Assembly: GCA_001779455.1 (NCBI GenBank)
Contig: MFKE01000019.1
Location: forward strand, 33,201-78,785
Source: Candidatus Gottesmanbacteria bacterium RIFOXYB1_FULL_47_11
GTDB lineage: Bacteria > Patescibacteriota > Microgenomatia > UBA10105 > UBA927
DNA: 45,585 bases
Direction of reading: 5' to 3'
Positions 36,873-45,585 of the stretch are shown here, piece after piece (positions within the stretch are counted from its first letter, which is position 1; every line of letters begins with the position of its first letter). Below the pieces are notes generated by a model, which was given only the letters and a program-made list of their open reading frames with translations, had not been told where the DNA came from and did no database searches. The position numbers and the translations under genes are program-made.

Positions 36873-37900
36873 AGAAGAAACGCGGTAAAGCTTACGGCAA
36901 CAATCAGCAATGCGAATAATTTTTGCCTGCTATTGACAGAAAGCGCTACCACACCAAGTATAGCCGAGACCCCCCAGTAAAACAAGGCTACCCGGCGCTT
37001 ACCCCAGCCGATATCAAGAAGCCGGTGATGCAGATGTCCGCGGTCTGCCAAAACCGGGGATTTCCGTTTTCCGATTCTGCGAAGCAGGGTATAGGCGGCA
37101 TCTGTCATCGGAATTCCAAGCACCAGGAGCGCAGTCCCAAGTTTTCCGTAGGATAATATTCCCAAAAGCGCCAGTAAAAATCCTGCAAGCGTTTTTCCTC
37201 CGTAGCCGGGCATGATTTTCTGCGGATAAAAATTCCAGGGGATAAATCCGGCAAATACGCCGGCAACGATAAATGCAAGGATAGTAATGGTCGTTTGGTG
37301 CGGATCAAGAGCTGTGAACCTGAGCGATAACAGCCCCAGGGTAAAGGCCGCGATAGCGACAAAGCCCGGCATTTGACCCTCGACACCGGCGGACCAGCCG
37401 ACGATATTCATGGTCCAAATAATCCAGAGAAGGGCAAATAAATCTGCCCACACGAGAATGGAATGTGTTCCCCAAAATGTAAAGGTTACCCTCCATGTAT
37501 CCAGATGAATGACTCCGCCGGTTAATGGATTAGTGATATACGGGATACCGGCGCCGGCCAAGACCATGATAAGCGCAGCCAGTACGTTTGTGCCGAAACG
37601 GATGTATGGATTTACATCACGCCGGTCATCAAGCAGTCCGACAATAACCAGGATGGTTGCGGAAATGAGCATGCCTGCGTACAGTTTGGAGACGGGAATA
37701 AATATAGCTGTCGTCAGAATCAATCCGATAAACAGCGCAAGCCCTCCCGCCCGCGGAATGATGCCGGTATGGGTGTGGGCGGGGTGATACCGTTTTTTGG
37801 GATTATCGACGAGTTTGTATTTTTTCGCGATGGCGATAACCAGCGGTGTGACGGCAAGAGTAGTACATGCCGCGAAAAAAAAAGGAACAAATATGGTCAT
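36818..37900 (-). CDS. WecA/TagO-type polyprenyl-phosphate HexNAc-1-phosphate transferase (MraY family)
   Basis: PRAGG, GLLDD, WNFYP, DRGHLHHRLL; about 11 TMs. Confidence 0.9.
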   Translation of the reverse strand: MTIFVPFFFAACTTLAVTPLVIAIAKKYKLVDNPKKRYHPAHTHTGIIPRAGGLALFIGLILTTAIFIPVSKLYAGMLISATILVIVGLLDDRRDVNPYIRFGTNVLAALIMVLAGAGIPYITNPLTGGVIHLDTWRVTFTFWGTHSILVWADLFALLWIIWTMNIVGWSAGVEGQMPGFVAIAAFTLGLLSLRFTALDPHQTTITILAFIVAGVFAGFIPWNFYPQKIMPGYGGKTLAGFLLALLGILSYGKLGTALLVLGIPMTDAAYTLLRRIGKRKSPVLADRGHLHHRLLDIGWGKRRVALFYWGVSAILGVVALSVNSRQKLFALLIVAVSFTAFLLWVRFFTEFSKPRDPDSG

Positions 37901-37905
37901 ATCGG

Positions 37906-38280
37906 TTATGTGACGAGAAACACAATTTTAACCAGCGTAATAAATGAAAGAAGGCTTACGATAAGCGAAGATAAAAAAAGCATTTGGGTGAAAATCAGAT
38001 ATTCCGCGGTGAAATAGATGCTGACAACCACGTTGACGATATACAAAAACATGCTTGCCATCGGCAGAAGGAAAAGCCAATAAGGTTCAGTCATCTGATC
38101 CGCACCCCATGGGCGCGAGTACCACAGCGGTACCATAGGAGGAAGCAGCCTCCATCGCCACAGAAGAATACCCAAAGAAAGGACAAAGCATATAAGCACA
38201 AATTTATGTGAGAGGCCGACGACCCAATTGACAGATAGTGTACGCCATACGGTTTGTGCGTGCCCACGGAATATATTCAT
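37906..38280 (-). CDS. Three-TM membrane protein (DUF1648-like)
   Basis: LPPMVPLWYSRPWG motif between TMs. Confidence 0.7.
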   Translation of the reverse strand: MNIFRGHAQTVWRTLSVNWVVGLSHKFVLICFVLSLGILLWRWRLLPPMVPLWYSRPWGADQMTEPYWLFLLPMASMFLYIVNVVVSIYFTAEYLIFTQMLFLSSLIVSLLSFITLVKIVFLVT

Positions 38281-38282
38281 GG

Positions 38283-39623
38283 TTATTGTTTTGCCGGCTT
38301 TATAAGAATCGGCGCGTTATATGTAACATCAAACTTTCCGTTTTGGTGAACGACAAAGGCCCGGATGGGATACGGAGGATACTCAGCAACTATCTGTTTA
38401 GGGTTGACAATCGCATCGCCGACATACCACGGAAATTCATTCAACTCCGGGTTATACAGATAGACATGCGCGGGGTCGCCGCTATAGTACATCGTTTCAA
38501 AAAACACCAGAGGACTGTCTGTCATAATGACATCGGTCGGTGACGTGAGTGCTTTCACCTGGCGCATTGTTTCGCGGATATCGGTTTTGGCATGGAGACT
38601 GGGATACCACACGTTAAAACCCAAAACGAAAAGCAGGAACAGCGCTGCCGTAATTTTTTGGACAATAGCATTTCGTATTGCATATATCGCGATGGCTATA
38701 AGAAGTACTTCCGCAATAGTTACCGCAATCATATACCGGTTCACGTAGATTGGTTTGAAAAACGAAATGCCGATGATAACGATAAGCGGCACATACACCT
38801 GGACAAAAAGGGGCGCGGCAGTACGGCTGACTTTTTTGGACAAGAGTGCCACAATACTTGCCCCAAGGATGAGAAGAGATAAATATTTTGTAAACGTCCA
38901 CAGGTACCACGGTGTGCCTTCGTATCCCAAAAATAAATTACCCAATACCGACGTTATCAGATTACTATCGACCGGAAAGTACCATGACTGCCGGAGTTTG
39001 GTAGCAGCAACGCCGATTTTCACGAGCCACGGCGCGATACACAGTCCCACTACAAAAATGGCACGGATCATTGGATCTGCACAGAATGACCGGAAGCCGC
39101 GGCTAAAAAGTTGTTTCCGCTGTGAAAAGAGATAATGGGAGATCAGCGCAAAGGGGACTATGACGAGAAACGTGTGCGTATAAAATCCGAGAACCGTGGC
39201 GGCGGTCCAGAGCTTCCACTTTCGCTGATCATACGCAAAAAGCGCAAGTGTCGCAAAAAAGATATACCACCCATACGTACGCAGTTCCATACCGTAATAC
39301 AGAAGCATAGGATTGAAAAAGAAAAAAACAGGCAGCCACCACGCGAGCCAGTGTTTTTTAAACATTTTTTCCGACCAGAAGATGATGATTCCCGTGGCTC
39401 CGGCAAACGCCAGAAGCGATAGACTTCTGCCCGCAATTTCACTCATGCCGAAAATTTTAGTCCAGAAATGTAACAGCAGATAATAAAACGGTGGTTCAAA
39501 ATCCAAATGCGTTACAAAAAATGAGATCGGCCGTGCCGCCATATAGACGGAAAATACTTCGTCGCGCCACAGACTTTGGGTCAAGTACAGGAGTGGTGAG
39601 TGCGCAATTAAATAATTCAACAT
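38283..39623 (-). CDS. GT-C fold glycosyltransferase (PMT/ArnT-like)
   Basis: SLWRDE, PPFYY, RSLS, ELRTY, YTH, RY; multi-TM. Confidence 0.85.
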   Translation of the reverse strand: MLNYLIAHSPLLYLTQSLWRDEVFSVYMAARPISFFVTHLDFEPPFYYLLLHFWTKIFGMSEIAGRSLSLLAFAGATGIIIFWSEKMFKKHWLAWWLPVFFFFNPMLLYYGMELRTYGWYIFFATLALFAYDQRKWKLWTAATVLGFYTHTFLVIVPFALISHYLFSQRKQLFSRGFRSFCADPMIRAIFVVGLCIAPWLVKIGVAATKLRQSWYFPVDSNLITSVLGNLFLGYEGTPWYLWTFTKYLSLLILGASIVALLSKKVSRTAAPLFVQVYVPLIVIIGISFFKPIYVNRYMIAVTIAEVLLIAIAIYAIRNAIVQKITAALFLLFVLGFNVWYPSLHAKTDIRETMRQVKALTSPTDVIMTDSPLVFFETMYYSGDPAHVYLYNPELNEFPWYVGDAIVNPKQIVAEYPPYPIRAFVVHQNGKFDVTYNAPILIKPAKQ

Positions 39624-39629
39624 ACCTTA

Positions 39630-41111
39630 TTATATCTTTTCCGTCACCCGATATTCCAATCGTTTTCCCAGTATAAGCCGGGTGTGTGCGTCCAGCCCCG
39701 GAAGCGCGGCAAGGAAGAATGAAACGATGGGGAGAGTGAGCCACTGGATGTAAAGGAACGGCAAATTCCACGTTTTGAAATCCTTTGGGCGTGGCGGTTT
39801 GACACGCCAGTCAATGATCAGGACAACAAGAAGGAACACCATGGCAAGCGTCAGTATGCCGGAAGAAAGCTGTGCAAGATTATGTCCCAGCACCGTCCTG
39901 CCGAATGCAGGATTGATGATCGGAGGGATTAAACTGCCGAGGGTGAGGATAAACCAGTTTGAGGACCAAAACACATGTTGTTCCAGCAGAATGAGGAGTC
40001 TGCGTATTCTGTCCCAGAGAGGGATTTCCGTATGCATTACGGCGCCCCGGATGACATACGGGATATCGGAAATGCCCCATGCCCATCGTTTGGATTGTTC
40101 ATATTGATTTATCATGGTACGCCAAAATCCGTGAGACTCCGCGGCGTCAACAAGAATTGGGAGAAAGATGCTTCTGGTGGCGACGTTTTTGCCGAACCGG
40201 AAATACACCTTAAAAAACAAATGATAATCCTCGGGGATGACGTCTACCGACCAATATCCTGCGCTTATTGCAGTGGTGAGAGCAAGGGAATAGGTCGAAA
40301 AATTTATGAGACGCTGCCGCTGTTTAAGGAGAGCCAAATTCGATATGCTGTAGATCGTATTTAACACTCTGCCGGGGAGCGGAATGCGCCAGATATTGGA
40401 ATAAAACAGAATTGCTCCCTGATAAAAATGATATTGCCGGCCGGTATCAGTTAGGAAAGAGTGGGATAAATACGAAAAATATTTTGGATGTAAGAGCGCA
40501 TCCGCATCGCAGGATGTGACCGTTGTATATGCAAGCGGAATATGCCGATTTTTCAGTGCACGGACAACGCGTCTTCCGGCCCATGCCATATTGCTTGATT
40601 TGCCGGCAACCTCTCCGTTGTGTAGGACATGTCGGGTAATGAGTATGTGCCCGAATTTCGTTTCAAATTCCGTTTTCAGAAGCTTCGCAGTATTTTTGGC
40701 ATCCGGGTCTTTCGCTTCTGTAGCCAACACCACAACAAGTCTTTCTTTGGGGAAATCCTGATTTGCCAGGTTCTCAAGCGTCCGCCGGAGAATATGGATG
40801 GGCTCATGGTACTCGGGGATAATGATGACATGATACAATTCATCAAAATGCGGGAGTGCACGTGCGGAGGCCGCCCAGTCAATTTTTATATGGGCGTTCA
40901 TCGTGACAAAAGCCTGCACTGCATAAAGGGCGAGGGTGAAAGACTTATAAAACCAGTAAATGTCAAATGAAATAATCAGGTACGCGACGATAGCGGGATG
41001 CCAAAATGAAAGCCACACAGGCATGGTGATAAGCGCCCACGAGAGTCCGGGGACGAGGATCTCCAGCAGGCGCTGTACGCGATTCGGGTATCGGACAAAT
41101 AATTGGCGCAT
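39630..41111 (-). CDS. GT2-family membrane glycosyltransferase
   Basis: IIPEYHE, GKSSN, DAD, EDY, QSKRW (QxxRW) and flanking TMs. Confidence 0.88.
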   Translation of the reverse strand: MRQLFVRYPNRVQRLLEILVPGLSWALITMPVWLSFWHPAIVAYLIISFDIYWFYKSFTLALYAVQAFVTMNAHIKIDWAASARALPHFDELYHVIIIPEYHEPIHILRRTLENLANQDFPKERLVVVLATEAKDPDAKNTAKLLKTEFETKFGHILITRHVLHNGEVAGKSSNMAWAGRRVVRALKNRHIPLAYTTVTSCDADALLHPKYFSYLSHSFLTDTGRQYHFYQGAILFYSNIWRIPLPGRVLNTIYSISNLALLKQRQRLINFSTYSLALTTAISAGYWSVDVIPEDYHLFFKVYFRFGKNVATRSIFLPILVDAAESHGFWRTMINQYEQSKRWAWGISDIPYVIRGAVMHTEIPLWDRIRRLLILLEQHVFWSSNWFILTLGSLIPPIINPAFGRTVLGHNLAQLSSGILTLAMVFLLVVLIIDWRVKPPRPKDFKTWNLPFLYIQWLTLPIVSFFLAALPGLDAHTRLILGKRLEYRVTEKI

Positions 41112-41183
41112 GGGATCAATCTAAATGACCTATAACGTACTTACGATTATACCACGGATGAACGAAGCGTGGAGAACATACGC

Positions 41184-41927
41184 ATGAAACACAGGATAGC
41201 AGTTATTTTACACGGGTGGCCGCAGCCTGAGGGTCGGCAAAGCATGTATCATGAGTATTTCCGACAAAATGGGTATCGCGTGATATCCCCGTTTTTATTT
41301 GACGAACGCACGGTATTTTCTTTGCAATCAGTACGGCTTCGGGTCCGCCGGTTGTTGGCCGGCCAAAAACCACATGTTATCGTGGGCATTTCCATGGGTG
41401 GATTGTTGTCACCGACTCTCTTGCGTGAGTATCCAAGAGTAAAAGGGGTATTTATTGCAAGTAACGCGAAATTAGTAAACAGCAGGTCTCTATTTTATGG
41501 AGCTGTTCAATGGGCAAACAATCCGGTATTCCTCCGGCTCTTGGGAATATTTCGATGGCTGCCGGCGCCGGTTCTTTTTGAGATATATCAGTTTATCAAT
41601 CAATTCGACGGGAACACAGGTAGCCGCGCAAAGTATTTGGATGATATGAAACGGAATATTGAGTGTATCAGAAGTATTTCCGTCCGTAAGGAGGCGGAAA
41701 TTATCCGTTTTGTTTGTGAAACTGACAATGCACCGTTACTGCGGACAATCCAAAATCCCTGTTTGGTGTTTTCAGGAGCACGGGATGACTTGATGCCGTC
41801 ACCATCTGACTATCCGCTCCATAAACTTTTATCGCACGCCACACTCATTCGGACGCGCGGGGGACATTACAATGTATTTACGGAGAAAAATTTTGATGAC
41901 CTTACTGCTTTCTTGAGAGTAAGGTAA
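41184..41927 (+). CDS. Alpha/beta hydrolase
   Basis: LHGW, GISMGG, GARDD, GGH. Confidence 0.82.
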   Translation: MKHRIAVILHGWPQPEGRQSMYHEYFRQNGYRVISPFLFDERTVFSLQSVRLRVRRLLAGQKPHVIVGISMGGLLSPTLLREYPRVKGVFIASNAKLVNSRSLFYGAVQWANNPVFLRLLGIFRWLPAPVLFEIYQFINQFDGNTGSRAKYLDDMKRNIECIRSISVRKEAEIIRFVCETDNAPLLRTIQNPCLVFSGARDDLMPSPSDYPLHKLLSHATLIRTRGGHYNVFTEKNFDDLTAFLRVR

Positions 41928-42666
41928 AAAGAGATTGCGCATTTTTTGTCGTTTGTTCCTCAACTGCTGATATGGGTATCCCCTGAAGGCGCGCTATTTC
42001 TGCGGCAACAAGCGGGATATATTTGGGTTCATTACGCGTGCCGCGGTGAGGTATAGGGGTTAAATATGGAGCATCGGTTTCAAGAAGAATCATGGATAGG
42101 GGTATCCCCGGAATAATAGTCTGCAGTTGTTTTGAATACGTACAATTTCCGTCCAATCCGATATATAAATTTCTATCTTTTGCCATGCGGATTTCCTGAA
42201 GTCCTCCGGAAAAACAGTGGATGACGCCCGGCACGGAAATCGTGTCGTATATAGGGAAAAAATCCTCAAAAGCCTCTCTGCAATGCATGATAACCGGCTT
42301 GTTATGTTTGCGCCCAAGGCGGAGCTGTTCTTCGAATAGTATTTTCTGGGCCTGTTTTTTCCCGGCTGCCGCCTCACCTTTGTACTGATGATAGTCCAGA
42401 CCTATTTCGCCGACGGCAACAGCCTGGTGGATCGGTAAATCTCCCACAGGAGGGTTATGTTGGGCTTCATACGGATGATAACCGACGGCTGCAAACACCA
42501 CTCCCGGATGTTTTTGGGCAAGCTCTATGACTTTCTGCGAAGAAAACGGGTCTACACCGGGGCAGATAAACTGTTTAACCCCCGCCTTTTTTGCATTGCC
42601 GATGACCGTTGCGCGGTCAGCATCATATTCAGGAAATGTCAGGTGGCAATGGGTATCGATAAACAT
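41902..42666 (-). CDS. tatD: TatD-family DNase
   Basis: DTHCH, GEIGLD, HCR, HCF, ETDAPY. Confidence 0.95.
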   Translation of the reverse strand: MFIDTHCHLTFPEYDADRATVIGNAKKAGVKQFICPGVDPFSSQKVIELAQKHPGVVFAAVGYHPYEAQHNPPVGDLPIHQAVAVGEIGLDYHQYKGEAAAGKKQAQKILFEEQLRLGRKHNKPVIMHCREAFEDFFPIYDTISVPGVIHCFSGGLQEIRMAKDRNLYIGLDGNCTYSKQLQTIIPGIPLSMILLETDAPYLTPIPHRGTRNEPKYIPLVAAEIARLQGIPISAVEEQTTKNAQSLFTLLSRKQ

Positions 42667-42669
42667 ACG

Positions 42670-44073
<1,404 letters not shown>

Positions 44074-44082
44074 GAGCTGATT

Positions 44083-44370
44083 CTATCTTTTTTGGAACAG
44101 TATCTCAAGGGAAATGAGGATGGGGATAAGAAGGAGCGGATAGTAAAAGTCGCGGAGTCCCAGGAGCCGGAGGAGAAGCCAAATGATAACCCCGAGTGTT
44201 ACCAGGAGTGCACGCCGCACAATTTTAAATACAAAGAGAGAAAAGAAAAACGTGGTCGTGCCGACAATGACAAAAAAAAGAATAAGGAACGGGATATTTT
44301 CCGGTGGAAATGTGTTCACAAACCAGCTTAAAACGCTTAAGAACGAAATGCCGATGATGAGACACCACAT
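44083..44370 (-). CDS. Small multi-TM membrane protein
   Basis: Hydrophobic; start set at MWCL (44370), 6 nt after TATACT; 9 nt upstream of metG. Confidence 0.7.
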   Translation of the reverse strand: MWCLIIGISFLSVLSWFVNTFPPENIPFLILFFVIVGTTTFFFSLFVFKIVRRALLVTLGVIIWLLLRLLGLRDFYYPLLLIPILISLEILFQKR

Positions 44371-44499
44371 GGAATAAGTATACAACCATCTTATTCAGGT
44401 TTGCAGCCCGATAGGGCGAAAAAACTGATTAGATGGGAGGATACCCGGAACAATTCCGATTGTGGAGGGTATACAACTTGTGCTATTGTGTCTCATACA

Positions 44500-45477
44500 A
44501 TGAGCCCCGATTTACTCACGACAGTTGTTATCCTCATTTTAGGTTTTGCTATCCTCATATGGGTTGTGAAACGGGAATTATCTAAAGTGAGTAACCAGAA
44601 GGGCGACGCCACACTGGTCGAATGGCTCAAAAGCATGCAGAATACGATTCACGGACAGACCTCGGAAGTGACGCGCACACTTCAGTCCAATACCCGGCAG
44701 CTTAATGAACGGATGGATGAGGCGGCGCGGGTAATCGGAGCACTCAACAAGAATGTAGGAGAAATGTCTGAGGTAGGGCGCGGGATCCGGAGTCTGCAGG
44801 AATTTCTCCAGTCTCCGAAGCTCCGCGGCAACATCGGTGAGCAGGTTCTGAAGGACATGATTGGGCAGACATTTCCGAAAAACTCGTTTCATTTGCAGTA
44901 TTCGTTCAGGTCCGGGGTCAAGGTGGACGCGGTTTTGAAAACTGACGCCGGACTTCTCTGCATAGACTCCAAGTTTCCGATGGAAAATTTTACCCTGATG
45001 CACAAAGGGGAAACGGAAGCGGTACGGACAGCTGCAAAACGCGATTTTATATCCGATGTGAAAAAACATATTACGGATATTTCCAAAAAATATATTCTTC
45101 CCGAAGAAGGCACGATGGATTTTGCCCTCATGTATATTCCTTCGGAATCAGTGTATTACGAGATTGCCAACATGGGAGACCTCATGGAGTTTGCACGAAA
45201 GAATAGGGTATACCCTGTTTCGCCAAATACGCTCTACGCACATTTGCAGGTACTGCTTCTTAGCTTTCAGGGGAAAGAGCTGGAGCAAAAGTCGCGGGAA
45301 GTGTTCCGGCTACTCCGAGCTATACAGAAGGATTATGAAAAGACGGGTGAGCAGCTCGGGGTTCTTGGGCGCCACATCGGGAACGCATACAACTCCATGA
45401 GCTCCGTCTCCGGCGCATTTGATGTGTTGGGGCAAAAATTGTCAAAAACACAAGGATTAAAAGAATTGGAGGAATAA
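44500..45477 (+). CDS. rmuC: DNA recombination protein RmuC
   Basis: TM plus coiled coil, [34 protein letters not shown]. Confidence 0.92.
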   Translation: MSPDLLTTVVILILGFAILIWVVKRELSKVSNQKGDATLVEWLKSMQNTIHGQTSEVTRTLQSNTRQLNERMDEAARVIGALNKNVGEMSEVGRGIRSLQEFLQSPKLRGNIGEQVLKDMIGQTFPKNSFHLQYSFRSGVKVDAVLKTDAGLLCIDSKFPMENFTLMHKGETEAVRTAAKRDFISDVKKHITDISKKYILPEEGTMDFALMYIPSESVYYEIANMGDLMEFARKNRVYPVSPNTLYAHLQVLLLSFQGKELEQKSREVFRLLRAIQKDYEKTGEQLGVLGRHIGNAYNSMSSVSGAFDVLGQKLSKTQGLKELEE

Positions 45478-45585
45478 TGAAAAATGCGCTTATTTTGCAC
45501 GGGGCTGGTAATAATCACACAGGAAACTGGTTCCCATGGTTAAAGCGGGAATTAGAGAGAGAGAGCTATAAGGTTTGGGTTCCGG
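45477..45585 (+). CDS. RBBP9/YdeN-like alpha/beta hydrolase (5' partial)
   Basis: Hand translation [32 protein letters not shown]-coupled to rmuC with SD GGAGG. Confidence 0.8.
   Translation, partial: MKNALILHGAGNNHTGNWFPWLKRELERESYKVWVP

Noticed and set aside
44386..44472. Known riboswitch (fluoride, c-di-GMP, SAM, T-box for metG) or terminator
   Set aside because: Required conserved cores not found on either strand, and the U-run lies 5' of the hairpin on the minus strand.

Overview
Gene-dense bacterial chromosomal window using standard code 11 (TGA is used as a stop, with frequent ATGA/TAATG coupling). Gene content points to Patescibacteria/CPR, probably Microgenomates; this is inference from DUF5667, a stand-alone VirD4-like ATPase, PEGA-SH3, an HTH+LAGLIDADG-like gene beside a tRNA and tRNA-Ile(UAU). 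It holds mostly housekeeping and envelope genes: uppP (partial), two tandem class A PBPs, sodA, a PP2C phosphatase, gapN, purine PRTase, cmk, idi, tsaD, an MFS transporter, VanW, an orphan sugar-binding protein, CIRCE-controlled groES-groEL, a GT2/GT-C/WecA/UbiA glycosylation operon, tatD, metG and rmuC. The most notable element is a compact cobalamin module: NrdR box, nrdR, class II RNR nrdJ, PduO adenosyltransferase, a minimal cobalamin riboswitch overlapping the pduO stop codon, a transcobalamin-like DUF4430 protein and a DUF6580 membrane protein. This suggests a two-component B12 scavenging system that feeds dNTP synthesis. Also notable are a tRNA-Ile(UAU) with an A54/U58-swapped T-loop, a free-standing RNAP alpha-CTD-like protein, a GroES with a 4-Cys roof-loop segment, pervasive leaderless-type promoters and an unannotated 57-aa ORF. 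No CRISPR array, rRNA, transposase or integrase was seen. Family names come from motif recognition by eye, not database searches.
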